Assembly: GCA_964016885.1 (NCBI GenBank)
Contig: OZ024742.1
Location: 212,970,001-213,034,000 of the forward strand
Source: Eledone cirrhosa
Lineage: Eukaryota
Direction of reading: 5' to 3'
Length of the DNA stretch: 64,000 nucleotides
The notes under the pieces were generated by a model that did no database searches, was not told the DNA's origin, and worked only from the letters and a program-made list of their open reading frames with translations. Positions 12,747-26,107 of this stretch are shown piece after piece (position 1 is the stretch's first letter; the number at the start of each line of letters is the position of its first letter). A program made the position numbers and the translations under genes.

Positions 12747-12967
12747 TGGATTAACAGTATCAGTAGAGCGCCGGACAACATGTTTTGCGGTATATAGTTA
12801 CGTCTCTTTAAGGTCTGAGTTTAAATCCCGTCGAGGTTAGCTTAGCCTTTCATCCAAACGTGGTCGATAAAATAAAGTACCAGTAACGCAATGGGGTCGA
12901 TTTAATCGACATTCCCCTCCCCCAAATTACTGGCTTTGTGCCTATAGTAGAAATCATTATTAGTATT
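12747..12967 (+). mobile_element. tRNA-derived SINE (family 1)
   Basis: A-box-like head, B-box gagtttaaatccc, core ggtcgataaaataaagtaccag, tail ggctttgtgcctatagtagaaatc followed by ATT repeats. Confidence 0.85.
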
Positions 12968-14479
12968 GCTTGATGTTGCCACAATAGAATCAAGTATTGA
13001 CAAACAGAGACACCAAGATTGGCTTAAAGAATAATAGAATTGTTATCCACTACTTAGATTTTATGAAAAAAACATTTTTGAAAATTTCTGCACAAAAGAG
13101 AACTGTATGGAGAGTTGCAAAATATAGGAGCGGCAAGAAGTAGTTGATAAGAAGTGCAAGAAATTGCTTATTAATATTTGGACCAAAATTGAATAGCTAT
13201 GACCTTTGCAAAAGATGGGACAAATCTAATAAACGGGAAAAGTGAGACCGATTTATGACGGAAAGAGCTTTTTAAAGTACTTCCAGATTTAGAATCTAAT
13301 AACGGTGATGACATGATCTGCTTTATCCCCCAAAGTGTAGTTATAAAAGAAATGTCAATCTACCTAACTATGGAAAATAGTCATTACACTAATTATTGAG
13401 ATTTCTCCTGGTAAATATCGCGGCAAAAACGGTATTTCTAGAAAAGAGGGGGAAAATTTCCCGGTCGATAAAGTGAAACGTCTATCTTCAGTGTACGTTT
13501 GATTCAAAATAACAAGCTGAAGCAAAATATATCTAACGAATATCTGTGCTGATGTCGCATCCTCATCACATAGTAGTCATACACTGAGTACCAAGTAATT
13601 GCTAAAGTCTATTACACTAGTCCACTGTTATTCATTATCGTAGAAAGAAATTTCACGTACGTTTTTCAGATATTGGGAAGATTGATGGCGTCATGTTCAG
13701 TTTGAAATTCTGTACAACAACAACAGCAAAAGCAACAACAACAACAACAACAACAACAAGAAATCACACTTTTCCATGGATGTACACATCGGTGTTCCAT
13801 ATTAATTTATCAGCTCCGGAAAAATAAAGGCAAATAAATCTGCAACGGAATGTAACAACCGAATATCCTTCAGTTACGATCAACACAAAATAAGAAACAA
13901 GTAGTAACAACAATAACAGTAATAAGGAATATTGTTGGAAAGGTGGGATTTGTTTCTTATTTGTTTCTTTGCTCATTAAAAAAACCTGGAGTTTAGAAGA
14001 AACATAAAACTAACAGCAGCAAGGGTAAGATCAGAAGCACAAAGTACGACTGTTGTTAATTTTGGCTGTCTCTGGAGGAGAAGCAGCATGCTCAATCTTC
14101 CTCGTTGGATCCCACTTGATAAACAAGGGAATCTCTATGGGGGTCATTCAATCTGTTAGAAATGGCAGCCGGATCTTCTCACCTCTTCAAAGGACACTCA
14201 TCTTAAATAAGAGGAAAATGCATCAAATGAGGTAGATCTACATACCCCCCCCCCCAAAAAAAAAGACAAAATGATCACGGCTGTAGTGCCTTTGATAATA
14301 GTAGGTAGGATTAATCAGGGCTATTAAACAACAACAACAACAACAACCTACTGTATATTGGATTGTTCTATATAGTCTTCAATCAGATAAGAACATGAAC
14401 TATGAACATGATTTATCGGGTCTGTATAACATTAACAGAAATGCGATAACATTCGTTACTATTATGGTGTATTTTAATA

Positions 14480-14889
14480 GGGTGGTGGATTGGTAGAGCG
14501 TCGGATAACATGCTTTGCAGCATATAGTTATGGCTTTTTAGGTTCTGAGTTCAAATCCCGCCGAAGTCAGCTTTGCCTTTCATCCTTACGGGGTCGATGA
14601 AATAAAGCACCAGTAATACACTGGGGTAATTTATGACCTTGTACCAAAAGTAAAAAAAATATTTTAATAGGGTGGTGGATTGGTAGAGCGTCGGACAATA
14701 TGTTTTGCAGCATATAGTTATGACTTTTTTAGGTTCTGAGTTCAAATCCCGCCGAACTTAACTTTGCCTTTCATCCTTATGGGGTCGATAAATTAAAGTA
14801 ACAGTAACGCACTAGGGTCGATTTTATGGGCTAGAATTTTCTCTTCCCTACAAATTATTAGCCTCGTATCAAATGTAGAAACAATTATT
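14480..14889 (+). mobile_element. Two tandem family-1 SINEs
   Basis: gggtggtggattggtagagcgtcgga..gagttcaaatcccgccg..gcctttcatcctta at 14480 and 14670. Confidence 0.85.
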
Positions 14890-15742
14890 CTAAATGAAAA
14901 GAATCGGAATTTTCAAGGTAGGTAAAGTAAAATTGTTTTACATTCGGCTCGTTTGAATCCTTACACGCCGGATTTGCCCGAAGGCTCCGAATTAAAAAAT
15001 TGTTTTGATTTCTTTAAAATGAGGCGTTAGCAATAATCCCAAAATAGAAGCTGTGTTGAGGTTTTAGCTCACTGATAGTTGAGTCAACATCATAGTTGAT
15101 CTCAGTCCTGATTAAATCGACCTTAGTACTTGATTGGTACTTATTTTATTGAGCTTCAATAAAGATTAATTCATCGGTACACACACACACACAATGTAAA
15201 GAAGACCCTAATAAATACTATCAGGCTTTTGAACTTTAACATTACCGTTTCTACTATATATTGCAGTATGATAATAATTATAATTAAGTCATAATTTATA
15301 ATATCATTCATATAGCTGAATATCATATCCATTGTAGTGTTTTAGAGACTGGTTCAGTTCTGACAGGTGCAGACAGCTACTCAAGATTCTGCCTGAAACT
15401 AGCTGATACGCAGACTGCGCAATTTGAATATCTTCCAATTATAAAAACCGAGAGAGAGAGAGAGTCGCATCAACAATTATAATAACAAGCAATATTATTA
15501 GAAACCACGGGATATTGTTTCAATCGATTGTTTTTTGTTTGTTTGTTTCCTTGTTAATTAAAAGACACGGTTTCTAGAATGTTTTCTTAGAAAAAAAAAA
15601 ATTAAATAATGATTCACTTGTTGAAGCAACGGTTAACTGTCATTTCTACAGTACAGACAGACATGGTGAATATTGTGAAGAAACAAAACAAAACAATAAA
15701 AAAAACAAATTGAATTCTTTCATTTAAAAACGGGCGTTGATT

Positions 15743-15901
15743 AATGATGATGATGATTATGATGATGATGATGGTGATGACGATGTCGCCGAAAACAATG
15801 ATGATGATGATGATGATGATGTCGACGAAGACAATGATTATGACGATGATGAGGATGACGATGATGATGACGATGATGATGACGATGATAATGGTGATGA
15901 T
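15743..15901. repeat. (GAT/GAC)n trinucleotide microsatellite
   Basis: Degenerate GAT run; gives spurious poly-D/M/I ORFs. Confidence 0.9.
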
Positions 15902-16187
15902 TGTTGTAACACAACCCCTTGAAATCAATAGAATATACTATTGAACATTTATGTCGTCACGGTTGAAGTATGTGTTTTCATGTATTTAGTGCTAAGAGAG
16001 AAGGAGAGTGAAAGGCAGTGAGAGAGGGGCAGCTAGCTGGATAGATAGATAAGTAGAGTAAAAGAGAAAGAAAGGGAGCAAACTCGGTGCATATTGGCTT
16101 AACGATTCTTTTGTCATTACATTGACAAGTGTTCCAGGAATTAGATTTGTTCACAATACTGTACATGTCTATCCTGTTTTATATTTA

Positions 16188-16227
<40 letters not shown>

Positions 16228-16239
16228 TGTGTGAGACAG

Positions 16240-16270
<31 letters not shown>
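16188..16270. repeat. (GT)n microsatellite
   Basis: Directly visible GT run. Confidence 0.95.
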
Positions 16271-16273
<3 letters not shown>

Positions 16274-17099
16274 AACTCATTCATCGCTACTCCAATGATA
16301 CAAGCCCGGGCAGTGTGGGAGAACGCTCTCCAGTGTGCAGTACCCCAAATAGAAGCCGCCCCGTACTCCCAGCAGACAGAATTGAGAAAGTGTTAACCCA
16401 AAGGATGATGAGGGAAATGCGCTGAAATAACCATTCTAATTTGCAGTGTTCACTCCTGAGGGTCCCTAATACCACCCCGATACCAGTGAGTAAGGTGGGT
16501 GGAATGAGGACCAAGAACGCAGGAAATCTCCATCACCACAGGTTCAACGAGAAACCTACTGGAGAGCGGTTGATACTTCAACAGCTTGCGATCTTCGGCC
16601 TGTTGGGTAACAAAGCCTGGGTCTGTTAACGAATGCACTAGGTTGTCATAGGAAAAAGTGTCACTGCCTGTTGTGCTCCAGATGAGGGGCTCACCACCAC
16701 GAAACAGGAAGATTGTGATGTCTTCGAATTATTTAATTTCTAAATATTTCTATTTTCCTACGCCGACAAATGCACAATTTTGTATATTTATTCAGTGATT
16801 CATACATCGCTACTATGGAAAGTACAGTCAATATTAAGATATATTTCACCAAAGAGGTCAGAATAAGACAAAAACTTCTTCAGAAGTTGTCTCCTTTATT
16901 TGCGGGAAAAATGAAAATTATTTCTAAACGTTCAAACGTTTTGTTTCTATATAGGCCAAATTTTGTTTTCCTTGTCTCTCAGTTCAAATTCCCTTCACGT
17001 GTACTTCTTATGGCATGCATATTGATTTAGAAAAAGGAATAGAAAGAATTCCTTAAAATCATGATGATGTGTAGACCTATCAAAAGCCAGTATTTTAGA

Positions 17100-17295
17100 A
17101 ATAATTGTTTCTACATTTGGTACAACTCCAGCAATTATCCCAGTGCATTACTGGTGCTTTATATTATCAACCCCATACGGATGAAAGGCAAAGTTAACCT
17201 CGACAAGATTTGAAGTCAGACCGTGAAGGGCCGTAACTCTATACTGCAAAGCATGGCGTCTGACCCTCCACCGATACTGCCAATCACCTAAATAA
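17100..17295 (-). mobile_element. Family-1 SINE
   Basis: Reverse complement of the SINE core (ggatgaaaggcaaagttaacctcg). Confidence 0.8.
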
Positions 17296-17339
17296 TATTG
17301 GCAATATATATTTCTTGTTGGTGTTTTAATGTTCCCGCT

Positions 17340-17445
17340 GTGGATTGGCAATATCGGTAGAGCGTCGGACAACATGCTTTGCTGTATGTATTTACGGCCC
17401 TGAGTTCAAATTCCGCCGAGGTTAGCTCTGCTTTTCATCCTTCCT
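17340..17445 (+). mobile_element. Family-1 SINE, partial
   Basis: tggattggcaatatcggtagagcgtcgga..gagttcaaattccgccgagg. Confidence 0.75.
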
Positions 17446-17474
17446 CTCGCTATATAGTATATATCTATACACTA

Positions 17475-17812
17475 AACACACCACATCCCACAGTGTTGGT
17501 ACTCCATCAGTTCCCGTGATGAGTGTTCCAGTTTTTTAATCAATGGAACCACGCTGCTCATGAAATTAACGTGTAAATGGCTGAGCATTCAACGAACACG
17601 TGTACCTTTAACGCAGTCCTCTGCAACATTCAGTGTGACACAGTGTGTGACAAGGCTGGTATTTTTGAATTGCAGCTGCAACTCATTTTTATCTGCTGAG
17701 TGGATCGGTGCAACGTGATATAAAATTACTCAAGGAGACAACGCGTCACCGGGATTCGAACCCACGAACTTAGGATCACGTGCTGAACACCATAGCCACT
17801 AAACCACGCGTG
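17475..17812 (-). mobile_element. tRNA-headed SINE (family 2)
   Basis: Minus strand gcgtggtttagtggcta..gggttcgaatcccgg (A and B boxes) followed by a ~270 bp body; related head at ~23680-23770. Confidence 0.7.
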
Positions 17813-17965
17813 AAACAGCGATACGTAGTAAAAGTACATTTTTCCAATTGTGCAGTGTCAGTAACATATCACTATAGGAATTACTGACTTTTTGATTGAC
17901 ATGCAAATATTTTACCGAACTGGAAAGCAACACCTCTCTCTTTAATGATGGCATGGTATGGTTCA

Positions 17966-18125
17966 AGGCGGTGAATTGGTAGAATCGTTAGAACGTCGGA
18001 TATAATGTTTTGCGGTATTTGTTCCAGCTCTCTGCTCTCTTAGTTCAAATCCTGCCGGGGTCAACTTTGCCTTTGATCCATTCGAAGTCGATAAAAAAAG
18101 TACCCGTCTAGTGCTGGGGTCGATG
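17966..18125 (+). mobile_element. Family-1 SINE, diverged
   Basis: ggcggtgaattggtagaatcgttagaacgtcgg..agttcaaatcctgccgggg..gtcgataaaa. Confidence 0.75.
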
Positions 18126-18329
18126 TCCCCGCTATATCTCTTTCTTACTTCAATTCTCTTACTCTCTACCCTTCTCTGGAAGAAACTTGCTGTATTCAGA
18201 CCTGGAGAGGAATGTACGCCGCCAAGTTTTAAAATACCCTAGAAACGCAATACGTCAACATGGCACCCCTATGACTCCCTCAGGAGTTACGGGACCATAC
18301 ATGTCAGCAAGAAACTTAGGCCAGCAAAG

Positions 18330-19080
18330 ATCGCAATGCAGTTTCAATCCTTGTTGGAGTCTAAACTGATACTTATGTTATCAACCCAGGTAGCATGAAA
18401 GGAAAGTTGACCCGCGACTGGAATTTCACCTCAGAATGTAAGGAATCGTAACAAAATATCATAAGACATTTTATCCGATGTTCCACTGATTCGTCCTTCT
18501 ATTATCATACTGTTTTGAAACAAACAAATTCACCCAGTAATTATGTTATTGTGGGATGACGAAAAACAGAATTCACTCTGTCTGGATTTTAAAATGAGTT
18601 AGAAGAGATATGAAATTACAACAGTGAAATATCTATACCTGTGATTCACTTTCTGTCATTTTATGTATTCCACAGGAAGATCTAAAGCTCCTAATATTTT
18701 GTGGGATATGATATAATATTTCTCATAACAATATTAGCTGCATCAATGAAGCAACTTGACTCCAACTGGAATTGAAATCGCATTACTGCCTTAGTTAACT
18801 TATATTTCTAGCCAATAATGTTTTCTGTGATTACCATAAGATCAACAGTTGTGAACCGGAAACAGTCGATAAAATCACCCCGAGATATATTTGATCAAAT
18901 ATAAAAAGAATTAGGGTTTTTGATTTAGGCACAAGGCTAGGGGAGGAGCAAGTCAATTAAATCGACCCCGGTGCATTACCGGTGCTTTATTTCATCGACC
19001 CCGTAAAGATGAAAGACAAAGCTAATCTCGGTGGAATTTTTAAAAAGGTGAAGTTGACCCACATGGGATTGAACTAAAAA
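18330..19080 (-). mobile_element. Diverged family-1 SINE fragments (~18330-18490 and ~18925-19080)
   Basis: atgaaaggaaagttgacc and tcgaccccgtaaagatgaaag cores. Confidence 0.6.
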
Positions 19081-19093
19081 TATATTGACCGCT

Positions 19094-19208
19094 ATATTGA
19101 CATGCTACACTGTTTCACTTACTCACCACATATTTACATGCTACACTGTTTCACTTACCCACCGCCATATTGACATGCTACACTGTTTCACTTACCCACC
19201 GCCATATT
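19094..19208. repeat. 3 x ~37-bp tandem minisatellite
   Basis: Units of atattgacatgctacactgtttcacttacccaccgcc with no spacers. Confidence 0.9.
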
Positions 19209-20198
19209 CTTGGCAATCATTTGCTGTGTAAAACGAAGCCATTCTTTTGTTTATTTTTGTTTTTAGTTTGGACGATGGTTGGTATTTTTAGATTGTCTTG
19301 AATATGAACTGCCTTATGTTCTACAGTAGTCAAACACGACAACAACAACAACAACAACAAAATGAAAAAAGAAACTCATCTATAAATACATTACTTTCAT
19401 GTGTGGGTTTATGTCTAGCAGTAAAGTCAGTGTAAGGTATTGTATTACTGCAGTAATAAAGGACAACATAAAAAATAATGAAAAGAAAAATTAATTAGAA
19501 GCATTGAATTCGTGAAATATATGAAACCATTTTTTAAGATTTAATTTTGTTTAAGATTGGATCGAGAACATAATATGGAAATAACAAATTGGAAACAATT
19601 ATATTCGAATGAAATATTCCGAAGTTGCATTGTTGTAACCTATTTTTCTTTTAAACTACTAACATGTTATATAATTACAAAGACAAAAACCTCTCATTAA
19701 ATACTTTATCACCATTGGCGCATTGTTACTACTGATTGTATAACCTGCTTATTAATATATAAAATAGATCCCAGTGTAATATCATATATTACCAAATATG
19801 CATTATTTCATTATTTTCTATGTAATACTATACTGAGCTTTTTGTACCGTTATAACATAAAATAAATCATTATTTAGCATATATTTTCTCCCTGAATAAT
19901 TCGTTCATTTGAAAACGATATGCTTGTTAAGGCATTCGTCAATAGTTTTGAACGCCTTCTATGCTTTTTAATTTCGTTGAATAACGAAGTCAACAGCGGG
20001 AAATAAAACAGAAACGCTATACTGTTTGCTTGATAGTCTATAGTATAGTTGAGGAGTAAGCAATGTAAAGTAGTAGATACGTCGGAGAAAACAGAAGTTT
20101 TGAAAAAGTTAGATACATTCTGAGTAATGGAACATCAGTGAAATAGAGAAACGGGAATAATCCAGATTTTGATCCACAGAGTTAACTCTCTCCACTGA

Positions 20199-21050
20199 AG
20201 ATAGATAGATAGATAGATGGATGGATAGATGTATGGATGGATGGATGGATGGATGGATGGATGGACGGACGGACGGATTTCGAGTATATTTTTTTGACCG
20301 GCCACCTTCCTGGTGGCAAGGCTGTAAAAGAAAAGAAACTGTCATCCCTTGAATCGCAAGAATGTTTTGCAAATTTTGAAGGTGCCAGCTATCGCAGCCA
20401 TTTGTAGACTATGAATTAGGGAGCTGCGCTTTTTGTCCGCAAATCCAAGTTCAGTCATACTTTGGTCTAAGCGGGTTGGTATATAACCCGTAGCGCCAAT
20501 AATGATGGGTATGAAGCTAAAGGTGTATCTTGGATACTGGATTTGTAAACTCCTTATCAATGGTCCGTAGATGTCCTCCTTCTCCTGTATTTTTCTGACA
20601 ACGTTTACATCAAGTGGGCAGCTGGTCTCCACAACAGAACACGTTTTCAATGTGTGGTCCCAAACAACAATATGAGGCCGGTTGTGCTTTAATTTGGTGG
20701 CAGTTTTTATTTTCAGGTTCCACCAGTATTCCTTAGTGCCATCTATCTCAATATATTCTTCCTCGTTTGTTGTTAATTTTGTTTTCCGAAGTGCGTTCCA
20801 GATGGTTCTAGCTATCCCATCGTGTCTCATGGGGAGGTAGTAGCGAGATGACATTCTTTCGCAGCTGGCAACAATGTGGCTTACATCCTCGATCTTTGTT
20901 TTACATAGCCTACATTTATTGTCAGCTGATGGCCCTCCTCTTTTGTGCAGCAGATATTTGGTAGAGAGTTCTTGTTCCTGTATTGCATAGAGATATCCCT
21001 CAAGGTGTGGGGTCATAAACTTGTCGGAACTCCATGCCAGGATTTTTGAG
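20199..21050 (-). mobile_element. R4/Dong-type non-LTR retrotransposon 3' fragment ending in (TCCG/TCCA/TCTA)n
   Basis: ORF 20342-21016: AIQEQ, CRLC..ED..HI...C, RHD, NRPHIVV..E.SCP..EK (restriction-like endonuclease). Tetranucleotide tract at 20199-20277. Confidence 0.85.
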
Positions 21051-21108
21051 TGGTTTATCCCTTTAAGTGCATCTGTGTAAAACTGAGAGCCCTTCTATTT
21101 AAACTATG

Positions 21109-21487
21109 TCAAAGCAGTTTTGCTTTTACATCTTTCAACTGGGGATCATCTTTAACCTCAACTCTTCCGCTTCTAAAACAACTTATCCATTTGTAGGTTG
21201 TTGATTTCTTTGGGGCATTGTCCCCATAACTTTGTACCAGAGCGTCAATAATTTGGCAGCCCATCCACCCTAGCTTCATCATGAATTTGATATTTTGAGG
21301 GAGGCCATGCTGCTTGAGCGGGTGGTGACTTCCGACTAGCCGCTGCGTTTTAACATGCATTTAAGGGTTCAATGTTAGAACATGTTATGACACGTTAGTA
21401 CGAGAACGTACAGGTGCATTGAGATCAAAATCCCTGCATATGATGTTTAGCTATGTGCTTTTACCACGAATGTTTTGAAGCCCCTCG
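21109..21487 (-). mobile_element. Mariner (Hsmar2/irritans-like) 5' fragment
   Basis: TA|CGAGGGGCTTCAAAACATTCGTGGTAAAA TIR; N-terminal HTH NIKFMMKLGW..IIDAL..YGDNAPKKSTTYKWI..F. Confidence 0.8.
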
Positions 21488-21799
21488 TATGTATGAATGC
21501 ATGTACATATTAAATTGAACAGCCACCCGCGACATTTCTTAGCTTTCTCTCTGAGGTCTTCCCTACGGACTCGTCTTGATAATGGATGGTAAATCCGAAA
21601 ATATTTGGGATCATTAAAATTTCTAAGGTAACTTTCTATCGTCCTCACTTTCTTATCTCAGTTCTTTTTTTCTGTCTCTATTTTCTCGAATTCTTATTAC
21701 CTTGGCACTTTTATCTCACACGCATTGTCGGGCTTCCAGATAATCAAACGTTTTTCCTAGTTGCACTTGTATCTTATATATATAGTTCAGCAAGTGACA

Positions 21800-22745
21800 A
21801 GACAAACACACTGAGATGCACAATCACAAATTCTTATTAGTAACACACTTAGGAGAAAGTAGAAGAGGGTTTGACGTTTCGAGCATAAGTCCTTCTTCAG
21901 GAAATGGAGAGTTCGGAGAGAGAGAGAGAAAATGTTGGAACATCGAAGTTTGGGAAAACAAAGTTTTAAGAAGGTTGCGGGTGGTAAGCGAGTAGTCCGG
22001 CATTCAGGAGTGTGGACCAGAGGCCAGGTGTGTTATGGAGGTTGTTATGTGTGTACAGATGGAGTGCATTTCATGTGTGCACATTATTGCTTCTGTTTGT
22101 TTTTTGCAACTGTCCCACTTTCTCATCTCCAAATACCTGGACACCACCCTCACCCCTTTAGTCACCAACCCCCCTTCCCACATCCAGGATACCAACCATG
22201 GTCTCTGACTCTTTTACTTCTCTTTCTCTCCTGGCTCCTCTTCCCTCTTCTACACAATAGACATCACCGCTGTCTACATTGTTATCTCTCACGATGACGG
22301 CCTCTACGTCATCCAAAACTGTTTTATATTTACGCCACCCCCCCCCCCCCCTATTCCCGAACTTCTACTCTTCTCCGCCTTGCTGAGCTTGTTCTATTCT
22401 CAATGGTTTTTCCTTTTCAGGTGAGTATTATTAGCAAGTTTCTGGGGGTAGCCATAGGTACTAAAATGGGCACGAACTACGCCAACTTGTAGATCCAGAA
22501 TACTGGACCTACCCCTGAGTTATACAGCCATTTCATCGACGACTGTATTAGCCCCACTTCTCTCTCCCATGAACAGCTCAACTCCTTTCTTTCCTTTGTC
22601 CAGTCTTTCCATCCCACCCCTAGCTTCACTATCTCCGTCTCTGACTCTTCTGTTCAATTTCTGGACATCTTCCTCTCCATTAACCACTCTCACAACTCCC
22701 CCACTCCCATTTTCTATAAACCCACTGAATTACACTCCGAACTCA
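21800..22745 (+). mobile_element. Penelope-like element: RT fragment (+, 22108-22745) preceded by an inverted pLTR
   Basis: Translates to ISKYLDTTLTPLV..HIQDTNH, TIDITAVY..SHDDGL, GVAIGTKMGTNYANL, FIDDC, FHP, FLDI, YKPT. Minus-strand CTGAAGA..CGAAACGTC pLTR motif at 21873-21900. Confidence 0.8.
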
Positions 22746-22759
22746 ACCCCCCCCCCCCC

Positions 22760-22796
<37 letters not shown>

Positions 22797-23814
22797 GTAT
22801 ATATAGTATATATATATATATATATATGTATACTCTTTCTATAGTATATATATATATATATATATATATATACTCTTTCTTGTTTTACACTTATGTTGGC
22901 TACATCGCTCGTTCTAAACGAACCGGACTTCGCCGAAGACCTATTGTATGATGTTTTAAAACATTGAATTCTTTTCCAGATTATATAGTTTCTTCCCAAA
23001 AGGATCTGATCTCTAGCAAATCTTCGGAATCATCCCAAGTATCACTTCTCAATGAAGCATCACTCCCCGCTTTAAAAAAAGCCGCCGCATTTGCTTCGCG
23101 CTTAACCACTGAATCCATATAGTATGCTATTGTTGCATTATGCGGTTTCCAACTACAACACGTCTCCAACAGTCCAAAGTCAGCAGTTGGGAAACGGCAA
23201 GCCTGCCCAGCTAGCCAACTTGCTTCAAACGGAAGAAATAGATGCACCACGCTGGATGTCTTTTGTAATGTAGTTCTTCGCTGCCCGGGTTTACACTGAC
23301 TATTTACATTACCATCTTTACACCGACTGTCATTACCACACCACCGATCTCAGACCAACTGCTCTCGCTGCCAACCTCACACCAACTCCCTGCATTGGCA
23401 ACTCCACCACAATAGTCTATCTGCAGTAAAACGTACAAAAAAAAACAACCCAACAGGGCATCATACTTCAAATCAGTCACGTGATCCATTGTTCGTTCTT
23501 CCTCGCTTTCTTTTGTAGATCTGGAGAGCAGTGTTTCGAATTCGAGTGATACCATTTGCAGCTGATGATTGACTTTACAATTACCTTCGTAACACTATCA
23601 GTAGAACTTCTCCTACACGCCTGCAGTTGCTGAAACTCATCTTTAGTTTTTGTAGATTGGGCGCACATGAAATGAAATACCTGTCTTAAATATTACAACG
23701 TGCCACTCAGAGATAGAACCCATGACCTTACGGTCGTGAGATCAACGATGTAACCACCACACCGCGTGACGGAACCATTGAGTAAAGCAACTTTCGTTAT
23801 GTACCATATAAGGG

Positions 23815-23995
23815 TTTCTTATATAGGCACAAGGCCAGCAAATCGACCCCCAGTGTGTGACTGGTACTTTATTTTATCGACCCCGTAAGGATGAAAGCAA
23901 AGTTAACCTCGACGGGAATTGAACTCCAATCATAAAGGACCGTAACTCTTTGCTGCAAAGCATGGTGTCCGACCCTCTACCAATACTGCCAATGT
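23815..23995 (-). mobile_element. Family-1 SINE
   Basis: ggcacaaggccagc..ttttatcgaccccgtaaggatgaaag. Confidence 0.85.
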
Positions 23996-26107
23996 ACCAT
24001 ATAATGATATAATATTATTCAAGAAATAGTGAATTAGAAATATCTCATGCTGTTTATAGAGGTGAAACGTACTTGAATAGAAATACATGTTTATTGTAAG
24101 CGGATAGCCGATCTTTTATTTCTCTTTTAAGACAAGATTTATGTTTTCATAAATAATAATTTATTTCAATACACAAACTGGCGTACATCACCGTAGAAGT
24201 GGTTATGAATTATCAGAACACTACAGGCGTTTCTTTATAGCTTTGTAGCTATTGTTATTGTTTAAACAACAATAACAATTATATCCGCTCCATATCCGCT
24301 TTGAATATGAAGAATTATGATAAAAAAGCATGCCGTATTTTTTCTGGCATTGTGAACTACTATCCAATGTGTCCTTTAAAAAAATGGGATAGTAATTTGA
24401 GAGAAATATACCTGTGATTTTTACCCAAGTAGAGAGACTACGATATTCTTGGCTGAAACAGTTAGCTGGATAGATTCGCCTAAGATTTGGGCCTAGCACC
24501 AGGAACTGTGAGACAAAATTTCAATTTTTGACAATCTATATCGAGTATTGTATACAATTTGTTAGTATTTATACAATATACCTCGATATTATTAACATAG
24601 AATAAAATTGGGTCACAAAAACCACCATCGGATGTTGAGAAAAAGCTTTAAAACAAAGCAGAAGAATTCTACATAAGGTTGTTTATTTCGTAAAAGTAAT
24701 CCCTTGGTTTATTAGCCTTCTCATATCCTTCAATACTGAACTCTCTGGTGCCACATTTCTGGCAAATAACATCTGTTAAGCTTTCATTCAAATACTGTTA
24801 CGCTTCATCAAGTAAGCACAATGAAAATGAGAGTTATAAGTTGTCTCAACCAACCAGGAAGTCATCAATAAATAGAAACTATGATAAATAGTTTAAATTG
24901 TTTGCAATAATGAAACGTTAAACATTCTGCCTTCATATTATCAGCGAACAATTTATTAATTTAGTCACAGTTATGGCAATTTTTCTCACTAATAGTGTTA
25001 AAACAAGTTTTTAAAATCCTTGGTTTATTTAATACAGTATATTGCCAAATGTTAATATCTCATCTTTGTAAATGATTATATTATGATTGTTATTTAATCT
25101 CAAGACAGCTTTGATCTATGATAAAAGACGTTCTAGTTGTGGCCAACCCATTTTTAAAATTCTAATATGTTCATTCTTTTATTAGTTGTAAGGTTTGACG
25201 TGAGGGTGCTATGACAGGTATTTGTCTTAAGTTGATTAATTGTACATAACGATCACTCTCTTGGCTCGTGTTTAAATTATTAGTTTCTCTAGCATATATT
25301 CTGTATTTTTAAAGCATACAGACCTACACAAATCCACATAAGCGGTGAACGTAAAATTACTTCTCATCCAATTAAATAATGTGCTTTGGTTTATTTGCAC
25401 CTGCTCTCCTGCATTATTTGTTTAATTGCCAATAAGATAAATCATATATTCCGATGACGAAGTCTTTTCTGTCTCCAGACAAGCTGTAACATAGAAAGCG
25501 AGATACAATTAACAGTAGGATTATCTTCTAATCTATCATTTTCTTTCTCTCCGTCTTATCCCGTTTCGCTGTGAAGATTATTGCTACATTCCATTTCTGG
25601 AATCGTTGAATTACTGAATTAAATCAATGTATCTTTGTCAACAACCAGTTCTGTAACTCACCTTAAAATTCTTCCTTATCATTCATATATTTATATCAAT
25701 ATTTATGTCCATTTGCACATTTATTCGCTCAACAATTTATAATGAGGAGCGAATTCGTTTCAAATGTTGACAATCTGCTTCTCAAATAGGTTTCTTAATT
25801 AGAGTTTTAATTAAAATACGGCTAATCAATTTTCTAATGTTGATTCTGACAACAATCTGTAACCAAATTTCATTTCCCAGGTTCAACCTTACTTCGTTTG
25901 CAAAAGAATGAACAATATGTCCACTTATAGAACTATTTAAAGGAGTTATTGTTTGCTAACACTGAAAAGTTTCCTCTTTTGTCGAATATCTAGAAATAAA
26001 TACGTGGACATTCTTATCGTACTCTGGAATTTTTACTGTCAGATTGTAAGAACCAAGATGATAATGAATACATTAAGTTATACACAGAAACGTAATATTG
26101 ATTAACT

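Noticed and set aside
15614-15944. Poly-Asp/Met/Ile ORFs
   Set aside because: GAT microsatellite read in several frames; no supporting exon structure.
16670-16712. CAGATGAG..CGAAAC hammerhead-like string
   Set aside because: Core is altered and stems I and III cannot be formed convincingly.
17745-17812. tRNA-His-like sequence on the minus strand
   Set aside because: Acceptor stem does not close and the sequence continues into a SINE body; it is a SINE head.
19094-19208. CRISPR-like 37-bp repeats
   Set aside because: No spacers, no cas genes, eukaryotic context; plain tandem repeat, possibly a triplicated SINE head.
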